In this document: positions 10,058-19,444 of the stretch, one piece after another | Position numbering within the stretch: position 1 is the first letter of the stretch | Layout: the number at the start of each line of letters is the position of its first letter | The notes under the pieces: generated by a model | Seen by the model: only the letters and a program-made list of their open reading frames with translations | The model's database searches: none | What the model was told of the DNA's origin: nothing | NCBI GenBank assembly: GCA_004322215.1 | Contig: SCSM01000010.1 | Location: forward strand, 5,001-69,000 | Length of the DNA: 64,000 nt | DNA from: Bacteroidota bacterium | Lineage (GTDB): Bacteria > Bacteroidota > Ignavibacteria > Kapaibacteriales > UBA2268 | Direction: 5' to 3' | Program-made: the position numbers and the translations under genes

Positions 10058-10770
10058 TGGCAAAATTATTAGCAATCGAAAGCACCGGTTCAGTTTGTGG
10101 AGTATGCCTAACAAATGATGATACGATAATATCGGAATATTCCCTCGATGGTACTAATGTCCATGACCAAAAGTTAGCCGATTCGATAAGAAAGATTTTA
10201 TCGGAAAGTGGAATATCAAATTTAAAATCTTTAGATGCAGTTGCTGTATCAGCTGGTCCCGGCTCGTTCACAGGTATTCGTATCGGCTCGAGTATCGCAA
10301 AAGCATTATGTTTCGGTGATGAGCCGAAATTTATTGCTGTCCCGACTTTGAAAGCAATTGCAATGTCCTGTCTTAAAATTATTATAGATAAAAATTATAT
10401 AAATATCGTTCCGGTAATTGCATCTGTTAATAACAATTGTTTTTATGCAAAGTATGATAAGCATTTGCAGGAACAATCTGTTCCAGAACTAATTAATTTA
10501 CATGAATTACAATCGAAATTATCAGATACAGACATTTTATGCGGTAATACCGGAGTATTTAATGAGCAGGAGAAAAGCGAAGACAATCGGAGTCAATTAC
10601 CCATAGGAAATGAATTTTATAATATTGATTTATCGGCAATACAGATTGCCAAGCTTGGATTAGAGATGTTCAAACAGGGATTATTTACAAATCCTGAAGA
10701 ATTCAAACCTATTTATGCACAGGAATTTGTTCCGAAATTCAAACTCAAAACACATAAAAATTTGTTTTGA
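10057..10770 (+). CDS. tsaB: tRNA t6A37 biosynthesis protein TsaB
   Basis: The N-terminus is LAIESTGSVCGVCL. The GPGSFTGIRIGSSIAKAL motif is also present. Confidence 0.8.
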   Translation: MAKLLAIESTGSVCGVCLTNDDTIISEYSLDGTNVHDQKLADSIRKILSESGISNLKSLDAVAVSAGPGSFTGIRIGSSIAKALCFGDEPKFIAVPTLKAIAMSCLKIIIDKNYINIVPVIASVNNNCFYAKYDKHLQEQSVPELINLHELQSKLSDTDILCGNTGVFNEQEKSEDNRSQLPIGNEFYNIDLSAIQIAKLGLEMFKQGLFTNPEEFKPIYAQEFVPKFKLKTHKNLF

Positions 10771-10779
10771 TGAACAGAA

Positions 10780-12111
10780 TTATAGTTCATAATAACTAAT
10801 TTCGCCAAATCCTTTTAATTCTTTTTCCAAATATTTCATGTCTCCGGCAGCAGCTATAACCATATTTTCAGGTGAGAAATATTTTTGCTGAACTTCGAAA
10901 AGCTCTTCTGGTGTAAGATTTGAAATCTTTAGGTATGCATCTTCATAATAATTCTTTTTTAAATTGAACAAATTAATAACTCCGATTAATGACATTATTT
11001 GCTGATTCGACTCTGTGTTACGCAGGAATGTACCAAGAGAATATTGCTTTGCTCTCTGAAATTCTTTAACTTTCACAGGTTCTCGTGTAAACTTTTCCAT
11101 TAATTTGAATACTTCACTGACTGTTTTGGCAGTTGTAGATTTGTTTACACTCGATGTAACCTGGAGAGTAGAACCGTTCAGGCGATAATCAATAAAAGAA
11201 TGTATTCCATAAGTATAGCCCAATTTTTCCCGAATCAATCCGTTCAGTCTCGACATAAAATAACCACCGAATATAGTATTTGCCAGTGACAAGGGAATAT
11301 AATCCGGGTGATTGATACCGATTGTCAATTTACCTATTCTCAGAACTGTTTGTTCTGCTGATTCTTTTGAAGCAATTCGAATACTGTTATGTTTCGGAAT
11401 TATATTTCGGATTCTATTTCTTTGTTTACCTTCAGTTCCATTATCGAATTTAAAATAACGATTTAAAAGATTTAATGTGTCTTCAAGATTATTTTGAGAT
11501 GAAGAAATTATAGTTATATTTTTTTCATAAAATAATTCATTAAATCTGTTAATCAGATTATTGCGGGAAATGGCAGAAACCGATTTTTCATCACCGGTTA
11601 AAGGATTTCTATATGGATTGTTTTGATATATACCCGAATAAAATGCCTGCTTCGCCAGATAGGACGGTTCAGCCTTTTTTTGGGAAATATCTGCAACTAT
11701 CCTTCCTTTTGAAATATCAATTTCCCTTTTTGGAAAATTGGAATTATTAATACAATCCCCGAGTAAATCCAAAGCATTTTCTTTATTTTCTTCCATGCAT
11801 GATAAATTCCAGTAAGACATATCCCACGAAGCGCCGGCATTAAGATTTAATCCGAGAAAATCCATTTCATCAGCTAATTTTTCCTGGCTGCGTTTTTTTG
11901 TCCCTTTTGTTGTCATCTGGGCAGAGAGATAAGTCAGTCCGGGTATTTCTTCATCATAAGAACCCGATTTTGAAATTATTTTTATGTTAAAAAGAGGTGT
12001 ATCATCCCTCTTGCAATGATATATTTCCAAATTTGGACTTAGAGTTCTTTTAGTAAACGAAGGAAATTTAAAATCATAAATTTTTTCAGAAACAGGAGGT
12101 TTAAATTTCAT
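10780..12111 (-). CDS. M16 (pitrilysin/insulinase) family protein, probably the non-catalytic type
   Basis: The 443-aa ORF has two-domain M16 architecture. The position of the HxxEH zinc motif reads GLTYLSAQMTTKGT, so no His-x-x-Glu-His is present. Confidence 0.7.
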   Translation of the reverse strand: MKFKPPVSEKIYDFKFPSFTKRTLSPNLEIYHCKRDDTPLFNIKIISKSGSYDEEIPGLTYLSAQMTTKGTKKRSQEKLADEMDFLGLNLNAGASWDMSYWNLSCMEENKENALDLLGDCINNSNFPKREIDISKGRIVADISQKKAEPSYLAKQAFYSGIYQNNPYRNPLTGDEKSVSAISRNNLINRFNELFYEKNITIISSSQNNLEDTLNLLNRYFKFDNGTEGKQRNRIRNIIPKHNSIRIASKESAEQTVLRIGKLTIGINHPDYIPLSLANTIFGGYFMSRLNGLIREKLGYTYGIHSFIDYRLNGSTLQVTSSVNKSTTAKTVSEVFKLMEKFTREPVKVKEFQRAKQYSLGTFLRNTESNQQIMSLIGVINLFNLKKNYYEDAYLKISNLTPEELFEVQQKYFSPENMVIAAAGDMKYLEKELKGFGEISYYEL

Positions 12112-12112
12112 A

Positions 12113-12787
12113 TTATAATTCGGATTTTATTAATTCTAAAAATTCATCATATAAAAATAACAATTCTTTCAGTATCATCGCTGTTGCTCCCCATAAAGGA
12201 GTCGTCGGATGAACATTCCAAAACGGAACTTCAACTTCATTCCCTTTAAGATTCCATAATTCTTTTCTATAAACATTTTTATCGAGTAAGGTACTCAATT
12301 TAATAAAAAATACTTCATCAACTTCTTCTTTATTTACATTTAAATCATTAATTTCACTTATATAAGCTAATACCGGTGTTATTAAAGTGTTTGAGGGCTG
12401 AACATATAAATCCGACAGACTTCCAAGAATTAAAATGTTGTCAGCTTCTATTCCGATTTCTTCCTTTGCTTCACGTAAAGCCGTAATGATTGCATCTTCA
12501 CCTTCTTCCTTGAATCCTCCCGGGCAACTTATCTGTCCGCTATGCCTTATATTGGTACTTCTCAAAGTTAATAAAACTTCAAAATCATTGATTTCTTTGT
12601 TTTTTGTCAAAAGTACAAGTACGGCACTCGGTGTCGTATCGTTATTTGGAGTTAATGAACGAAATTCTCTGTTTCCGTGCATTGGCTGCATCTTGAGATG
12701 AGCAGTATGACCCGGCAGAGGTTTTGTTAATCTTTCTTTCAGAAAAGATAAAAAATCAACTTCTTTTTGTATTTTATAATTATTCAA
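12113..12787 (-). CDS. NUDIX hydrolase, CoA pyrophosphatase-like
   Basis: The Nudix box is GGFKEEGEDAIITALREAKEEIGI. It is preceded by the NuCoA-like LLTLRSTNIRHSGQISCPGG. Confidence 0.75.
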   Translation of the reverse strand: MNNYKIQKEVDFLSFLKERLTKPLPGHTAHLKMQPMHGNREFRSLTPNNDTTPSAVLVLLTKNKEINDFEVLLTLRSTNIRHSGQISCPGGFKEEGEDAIITALREAKEEIGIEADNILILGSLSDLYVQPSNTLITPVLAYISEINDLNVNKEEVDEVFFIKLSTLLDKNVYRKELWNLKGNEVEVPFWNVHPTTPLWGATAMILKELLFLYDEFLELIKSEL

Positions 12788-12880
12788 ATTAATTTCAAAT
12801 ATATAAAAAATTTTTTTTGATTAAAACGTTTGTTTAATGCGATTGTTTTTATATTATTTTATTTAGTAAAGTTATGAATA

Positions 12881-13237
12881 ATGAGAAGAACGGATAATAA
12901 AAATAAAGTTAAAGCGAATAATGAAGATTTTTTTAAAAAAGTATTCGGAATTGTTGCAAAAATTCCAAAAGGGAAAGTAACAACGTATGGCGAGATAGCA
13001 AAGGCATTAGGCGCCAAATCATCAGCCCGGATGGTCGGATGGGCATTGAATTCTGCGGCAGGAGACGATTCATATCCATGCCACAGGGTTATTAACCGTA
13101 ACGGAGATCTCACCGGGAAAAGACATTTCAGAACCCCCACATTAATGAGAGAACTCCTTGAAAATGAAGGGATAGAATTCATCGGAGAACAAGTAAACCT
13201 CAAAAAGCATTTATGGCTGCCAAAACAATATTCTTAA
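12881..13237 (+). CDS. MGMT-family DNA-binding domain protein (short, 118 aa)
   Basis: The motif GKVTTYGEIAKALG...ARMVGWAL...YPCHRVINRNG is present. This is only the C-terminal Ogt/Ada domain. The PCHRV cysteine is retained. Confidence 0.7.
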   Translation: MRRTDNKNKVKANNEDFFKKVFGIVAKIPKGKVTTYGEIAKALGAKSSARMVGWALNSAAGDDSYPCHRVINRNGDLTGKRHFRTPTLMRELLENEGIEFIGEQVNLKKHLWLPKQYS

Positions 13238-13372
13238 AAATAAAATAATTACTTATACTGAATTTTCAAGCCGAATAAGACTTTGAAACCTTGGTAATTT
13301 TGCAGATATTTGTATTCTTTAAAAATTACTAAATTTATGAATAATAATTGATTGAAGATTCGGAGGACTTAG

Positions 13373-14566
13373 GTGGATTTATTTGATAAATGTTACAATT
13401 TCACAAGAGCAGACGATGTAAAAGCTCTCGGATTATACCCATATTTTCATCCAATAGAACAAAACGAGGGACCCGTTGTCAGAGTAGAAGGAAAAGAAAT
13501 GATAATGGCAGGTTCAAACAACTATCTCGGATTGACATCGCATCCGGAAGTCAAAAAGGCGGCTGCAATGGCAATCGAGAAGTATGGAACCGGCTGTTCA
13601 GGTTCACGCTATTTAACAGGTACATTGGATTTACATATCGAATTAGAAGAAAGATTGGCAAAATTTCTTGGTTATGAGGCAGTTCTTCTTTTCAGCACAG
13701 GGTATCAAACATCTTTAGGAACAATCTCTACACTTGTTACAAAAGGGGAATATGTAATTTCTGATAAAGAAAATCATGCATGTATTGTGAACGGTTGTGT
13801 TCTTGCCAAAGGAGGATTTGCTGAATTCGTAAGATTTAAACACAATGACATGGATGATTTGGACAAAGTTCTTTCTGGAATACCCACAAAAGCACCGAAA
13901 CTTATTGTTTCGGATGGAGTTTTTTCAGTTACAGGAGAATTAGTTAATCTCCCGAAAATGAATGAGGTAGCAAAAAAATACGGTGCAAGAATTTTGATTG
14001 ATGATGCACACGGGATTGGGGTAGTCGGTAATGGAGGCAGAGGGACTGTGTCCAATTATAATTTGGAAAGTGAAATTGACCTTGTGATGGGTACTTTCTC
14101 AAAAACATTCGCATCGCTCGGCGGTTTCGTAGCCGGAAAAGAAAGAGTTATTAATTATTTGAAACACTTGTCGCCTGCTATTATTTTCAGTGCAAGTCCG
14201 ACTCCTGCTTCATGCGCAGCAACATTGAAAGCACTCGATATACTCGAAGCACATCCTGAATTAGTATCGCAACTTATATCAAATGCCGATAAAATGAGAA
14301 AAGGATTTACCGAGCTTGGGCTTAGAATCGTACCTAACCAGACTGCGATTGTACCTGTAATTGTAGGAGATGTTGACAAGGCATTTTTATTCTGGAGAAA
14401 ATTATTCGATAGCGGTGTTTTTGTCAATACTTTCATACCCCCGGGTGTTCCACCTAACATGAGTATGATGAGAACGAGTTATATGGCTTCGCATGAAGAC
14501 ACACATTTAAATAAAATACTTGAGGTTTTCAGTAAAGTTGGTAAAGAGCTTGGTTTGATTAATTGA
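13373..14566 (+). CDS. Alpha-oxoamine synthase family PLP enzyme (KBL / 8-amino-7-oxononanoate synthase / serine palmitoyltransferase-like)
   Basis: GTG start. Motifs present are [24 protein letters not shown] and the PLP-lysine motif [13 protein letters not shown]. Confidence 0.8.
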   Translation: MDLFDKCYNFTRADDVKALGLYPYFHPIEQNEGPVVRVEGKEMIMAGSNNYLGLTSHPEVKKAAAMAIEKYGTGCSGSRYLTGTLDLHIELEERLAKFLGYEAVLLFSTGYQTSLGTISTLVTKGEYVISDKENHACIVNGCVLAKGGFAEFVRFKHNDMDDLDKVLSGIPTKAPKLIVSDGVFSVTGELVNLPKMNEVAKKYGARILIDDAHGIGVVGNGGRGTVSNYNLESEIDLVMGTFSKTFASLGGFVAGKERVINYLKHLSPAIIFSASPTPASCAATLKALDILEAHPELVSQLISNADKMRKGFTELGLRIVPNQTAIVPVIVGDVDKAFLFWRKLFDSGVFVNTFIPPGVPPNMSMMRTSYMASHEDTHLNKILEVFSKVGKELGLIN

Positions 14567-14758
14567 TTATTAAATTACGCTTGAGCGATTAATTCACATT
14601 TAATGGAAAAACCATGTTTTTTTCATTAAATTAAAATCACTATTGACTTTAACCGTTATTTTTCGTAAGTTCAGGAAAATTTTAAATGTTGGGTTGTTAA
14701 ATTAATAGTAGTTTGAGAATATAGTTAATTAATTTACGAACAAAATAGTACTAATACT

Positions 14759-17722
14759 TTGAAAGTGGGACGCTTTAAAAAAATACTGCTACCCATTATC
14801 ATGCTTTTATCTCTGGTTGGAATAGAAGCAAGTGATAAAAATATATCAGTTCCTCAACGCACTATAGACAAACCGTTACTTTGGGAACCTGGACTACCCC
14901 CGGTTAAATATGAATCAATTCCACCTGTTCAGGATTTGTTGTTTAGCAGTGAAGAGATTAAAACTTATTATTATATGGACCCTCCCTTACTCTGGGAGCC
15001 AAAAGCGCCATTAATTGAATTTGATACAATACCGCCATTTCCGATTTATATACTGAATTGCGACGGTTCAACCTATAGGGCAAGAGTAATAGACTTGCCT
15101 GACAATGACAATGTCAGAACCAATCTGAATATTATAACGATGCAAAACCAATCGTTCAATTATGTATTTAAATATAATGAAAAACAATTCGTTTCCTGCA
15201 AGACTCCACAGATAGATTGGGAATTGAAGGTCGTTGACCCGAGATCTGATGCACTTGCCATACTTGAGTTTTCAGATTGTGCAAATAATTCTGATACAAT
15301 TACTGTAAAGTATTTTGCTCCAAAAGTAATAATAAGTCCAGATTATGCAAATTTCGGAATAGTAAAAAAAGGAAATAGTGTATTCAGAGATTTCTGGCTT
15401 GTTAACAAGGGAAATGATACTTCTATTATAAAAAAACTTGAATTGAAAGACAAAACTCAGGGATTTTCAATTTCTGAAGTAAGTTTACCAATTACAATTC
15501 CACCCATGGATTCCGTAAAATTCACAGTGAATTTTACGGCTACCGAAGAAGGCAAGTATATTGATTCGATAGGAATAGGAAACGGTTGTATTTTCTTCAA
15601 CGTTGCAAAAGTTGAAACCGATGTCAGACAATCAATAATAAATGTATCTGATGCATTATTTGAAGACTTACCAATTAAAACAACTGCTACTAAGATAGTA
15701 GAAATTAAAAATTATGGAACAGTTGATTTAATAATAACAGGTTACAAGGGACCAAATAATCCTGCATATAAAACAGATCTTCCTGAAATATCTGAATTGA
15801 AGCCGTTAACAATAAAACCGGATGACCCACCGTATAAATTTAAAGTTGAATTCAGCCCCTTACTCGAAGAGGTTTATCACGATTCCATTGTCTTTTTCAG
15901 CGATGCTTTTGTTACTGACAGTATTGCAATATTGAATGGGAACGGAATCCAGCCAGGTATGATTTCAACATCGTTCGATTGGGGAAGAAGAAGAATCGGC
16001 AACGAATATCCTGCAGGCAACCAAAGCATTACGATTGAAAATACGAGTGACGGTGATGTTACAATATATGGTTTTGCAACAAAAGTAAATAAAGGTGGAG
16101 ATGTTTTCATATTCGACTGGAAGCATCTTGAAAATGTAACAATTCCTTCAGGTGAAAACATATATGTTCCTGTCAAATTTAAGCCACTCGATACCGGTAG
16201 ATATGAACTTGTTCTTGTTTACGATAACTCAATAAACTCTCAAACTGAAACGCGGCTTTCAGGTGTCGGTGTATTGCCAATAATGGAAACGTCCAATGTC
16301 GTATTCGATACATCGGTAGTGGGAAAATACCCATATCCAATAAATGACACTGTAAGATTCAAGAATGTTGATTGGGAGTATGGCGACACGATTAAAATCA
16401 ACGATTTGAAAATCCTTCCGAATGGAGACGAAATTTCACCTGATTCAAATTGGAGCAGATTAGGATTCAAATTCGATAAAAAAGCACTTCGACTTCCCAG
16501 GATTCTTTTACCGGGTGATGAACTTGAAATACCGATTTTATTCGTTGCCAGGGATACAGGTATTGTCAGTGCAGCAATTAAAACAGTTAGTGATATAGAG
16601 CCGGAGGATACTGCTCATATTTATGGAATCGGTGTTAATGAAAGATTAGAGGTTTATGTAAAACAGCCCCCACCAAGTATATGTTTGGGAAACCAGGATA
16701 CAATAGATTATTTTGTGGAAAATGCAGGAAATACATTTATTAACGTTACATCTTTAAATATAAAAGATTCTTCACAACAATTCGGATTTATTGATTCCTC
16801 TAATATATTAGGATTTGATATGAACCCCGGAAATAAAGTAAAAGTAAGTATTTTATATAAACCAAACCTACCGGGAATATCGTTGGCTGATTTTATTGTT
16901 TATAACGACACAAAATTCAATAGTATAGCCCATAATAAGCTCGAAGGTGAAGGAATTCAGAAAAAACGGAATTTGCGTGTTGAATTAACACAGGATAATT
17001 ATAACGTACAAATCGGGAGTGCATTCCAATGTAATATATTCCTTGAACCCGGTGATGATATAGATGTATTCGATATTAAAGAATTAGCGTTGAATATCAA
17101 ATACAATGGCGGTATAATCAAAGCTGAACCTGACGAAATTAGAATCGGTGAATTATTAGAAGGAAAATTTCAAATTAATGAACTTGGGATAAAAGATAAT
17201 CCCGGAATCATAAGATTGAAATTAGATACATTAAGAGGTATACCAAACGAAAGATTAAGCGGTGCCGGTGAAATATTGAAAATAATCTTCCACGCTTATT
17301 TACCAAACTCAAAGGATTCGAGCAATCTTTCAATTATTGACCCGACAGTTATCCCAATTACCAATCAATGCGTAGATTTTTCAGATAAGAAAACAATTAC
17401 TGTACAAATAGACCCTGTCTGCATGAACGATATAATGAAAATAAGCATTAATTCGCTTAATTATGGCCTGGGAGCGATTAACCCTAATCCCGTAGGAGCA
17501 GGAAACAGCAAGGTTTATTATTCAATTGGTTTAGACGGAAATACAAAATTCGAGATATTGAATTACGATGGCAGTAGTGTTTATACTGTAACATTCACAA
17601 ATCAAAAATCCGGTGTTTACAATTTCGATATTCCATCCGCAATGCTTGGGTCGGGAGTTTATTGGTGCAGAATGACCTCCGGACCGTTTTCTTCAATCAA
17701 AGAATTTGTAATAATTAAATAA
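14759..17722 (+). CDS. Large secreted protein with T9SS C-terminal sorting domain (HYDIN/ASH-like Ig repeats, cohesin-like module)
   Basis: The ORF is 987 aa with a TTG start in the track, so the exact start is uncertain. It has an N-terminal hydrophobic signal and repeated FG.V..G......F.L.N.G motifs. The last ~83 aa (17471-17719) match the Por-secretion tail pattern (PNP...GVYWCRM...KEFVIIK). Confidence 0.6.
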   Translation: MKVGRFKKILLPIIMLLSLVGIEASDKNISVPQRTIDKPLLWEPGLPPVKYESIPPVQDLLFSSEEIKTYYYMDPPLLWEPKAPLIEFDTIPPFPIYILNCDGSTYRARVIDLPDNDNVRTNLNIITMQNQSFNYVFKYNEKQFVSCKTPQIDWELKVVDPRSDALAILEFSDCANNSDTITVKYFAPKVIISPDYANFGIVKKGNSVFRDFWLVNKGNDTSIIKKLELKDKTQGFSISEVSLPITIPPMDSVKFTVNFTATEEGKYIDSIGIGNGCIFFNVAKVETDVRQSIINVSDALFEDLPIKTTATKIVEIKNYGTVDLIITGYKGPNNPAYKTDLPEISELKPLTIKPDDPPYKFKVEFSPLLEEVYHDSIVFFSDAFVTDSIAILNGNGIQPGMISTSFDWGRRRIGNEYPAGNQSITIENTSDGDVTIYGFATKVNKGGDVFIFDWKHLENVTIPSGENIYVPVKFKPLDTGRYELVLVYDNSINSQTETRLSGVGVLPIMETSNVVFDTSVVGKYPYPINDTVRFKNVDWEYGDTIKINDLKILPNGDEISPDSNWSRLGFKFDKKALRLPRILLPGDELEIPILFVARDTGIVSAAIKTVSDIEPEDTAHIYGIGVNERLEVYVKQPPPSICLGNQDTIDYFVENAGNTFINVTSLNIKDSSQQFGFIDSSNILGFDMNPGNKVKVSILYKPNLPGISLADFIVYNDTKFNSIAHNKLEGEGIQKKRNLRVELTQDNYNVQIGSAFQCNIFLEPGDDIDVFDIKELALNIKYNGGIIKAEPDEIRIGELLEGKFQINELGIKDNPGIIRLKLDTLRGIPNERLSGAGEILKIIFHAYLPNSKDSSNLSIIDPTVIPITNQCVDFSDKKTITVQIDPVCMNDIMKISINSLNYGLGAINPNPVGAGNSKVYYSIGLDGNTKFEILNYDGSSVYTVTFTNQKSGVYNFDIPSAMLGSGVYWCRMTSGPFSSIKEFVIIK

Positions 17723-17857
17723 AATAACTAACTATTTATTATACTACAATCATATTCCTTTGACAACCGTATAACAACAAACGGCTTGTTTTCTCGTTAT
17801 AATACTGCAATTTAATTTGATATTTTTAAATATATATTCTTGGCAGGAGTAAAGTTT

Positions 17858-19387
17858 ATGAACAAAAAGCTTTTTAAAACAGCAAGTTTGATTGGAGGAG
17901 GATTCGTAATTGGAGCTGTTTTGGTTTTATTTGTGTTCTCCTCGCTCGGTACCAATCTGCTGGCAGATGGTCCGAATATAGGAGCAAATAAACCACCGGT
18001 AGTGGTTAGTGAAACTGTTAAAGCTTTGAATGATGCTTATGTTAATGTCAGCAATGCAGTAATTCCAACAGTTGTTACTGTCAGTGTTGTCGTTGAAAAT
18101 AAAGATGCAGGAAAAATGAACGAGCAGTTCAAGGATTTCTTCAAATTCTTCGGACACCCGTTTGGTGACGAAGATTCTCCCGAATTGAGAAAATCCGAAG
18201 GAAGCGGCTCAGGTGTAATAATTTCAGAAGACGGATATATCGTAACTAATAATCACGTCGTTGAAAATGCTACGGAAATTACAGTAACAACAAATGATAA
18301 AAAAGAACATAAGGCAAAATTGATTGGCAGAGACCCGTTAACAGACCTTGCAGTAATCAAAATCGAAGGCAGTGGATTTCCGGTTGCACATTTCGGAGAC
18401 ATTGATAATGTAAAAATCGGTGAAATGGTTATTGCTGTAGGTAATCCTCTCGGCTTGAATTCCACCGTAACGAGCGGTATAGTCAGTGCAATTGGCAGAG
18501 GTGGGCTGGCACTCGGTAATGACCAAAGCGGTTATTCTGTGGAAAATTTCATCCAGACCGATGCGGCAATTAATCCGGGAAACAGTGGCGGCGGCTTATA
18601 TAATCTCGAAGGAAGTCTAATCGGGATAAATTCAGCTATCGCAACAAGGACCGGCACGTATATAGGTTATGGTTTTGCAATTCCGATTGATTTAGTGAAA
18701 GCAGTAATAATGGACCTGATTGATGACGGTAAAATCAACAGGGGTTACATTGGCGTAAGAATTAAAACCGTTGATGAAGTTGAAGCAAAATCCTCGGGAC
18801 TCGATAAGGTTGAAGGGGCTATGGTTCACGAGGTGATGAAAGGGCAGGCAGCAGAAAAAGCAGGAATTGAAATCGGCGATATAATACTCGAAATCAACGG
18901 CAAACCGGTCACATCATCAAATGAACTACAAAGTCAGATTGTACTGCATAGAGCAGGTGATATTGTTAATTTGACTATATGGAGAGACGGCAAGAAAATC
19001 AATAAATCTGTGAAATTGCTTGCACGCGATGAAGACAAGGATAAAGAAGAAACTGTGGCAGGTGAAGAACCCAAAAAGGAAGAAGGAACAAACAAGCCGA
19101 TTTCTTTCGATAAACTCGGCTTCAGTATTGCTCCCTTGACAAGTGATGTAAAAAAGAACAATGATGTGAGCAAAGGTGTTCTTGTAACAAAGGTTGACAG
19201 GTACAGTAAAGCGGCAGAACGCGGTCTTGCTCCGAACGGTGTCATCGTCAAAGCAGACAGGAAAGATGTTAGCACACCTGAACAATTGAAGAAAATTATT
19301 GATTCGAAGAAACCGGGAGATGCAATTCTATTGCAGTTGAAATATCCGGACGCAAGTAGAATTGTTGCCCTGGAGATTCCCGACTAA
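17858..19387 (+). CDS. htrA: HtrA/DegP-family serine endoprotease with two PDZ domains
   Basis: The catalytic triad contexts are TNNHVV, DLAVIKI and GNSGGGL. I prefer ATG 17858, preceded by AGGAG at 17845-17849, over the track's TTG at 17840. Confidence 0.9.
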   Translation: MNKKLFKTASLIGGGFVIGAVLVLFVFSSLGTNLLADGPNIGANKPPVVVSETVKALNDAYVNVSNAVIPTVVTVSVVVENKDAGKMNEQFKDFFKFFGHPFGDEDSPELRKSEGSGSGVIISEDGYIVTNNHVVENATEITVTTNDKKEHKAKLIGRDPLTDLAVIKIEGSGFPVAHFGDIDNVKIGEMVIAVGNPLGLNSTVTSGIVSAIGRGGLALGNDQSGYSVENFIQTDAAINPGNSGGGLYNLEGSLIGINSAIATRTGTYIGYGFAIPIDLVKAVIMDLIDDGKINRGYIGVRIKTVDEVEAKSSGLDKVEGAMVHEVMKGQAAEKAGIEIGDIILEINGKPVTSSNELQSQIVLHRAGDIVNLTIWRDGKKINKSVKLLARDEDKDKEETVAGEEPKKEEGTNKPISFDKLGFSIAPLTSDVKKNNDVSKGVLVTKVDRYSKAAERGLAPNGVIVKADRKDVSTPEQLKKIIDSKKPGDAILLQLKYPDASRIVALEIPD

Positions 19388-19408
19388 TTTAGTATAGTGA
19401 AGTCTGAA

Positions 19409-19444
19409 AGGCGGTGGGTTTTTAAAAACTTACCGCTTTTTTTA
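19409..19444 (+). terminator. Rho-independent terminator between convergent htrA and the AddB-like gene
   Basis: GCGGTGGGTT...AACTTACCGC forms a stem with two G-U pairs (19411-19436). It is followed by T8 (19437-19444). It overlaps the stop codon of the minus-strand gene. Confidence 0.6.
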
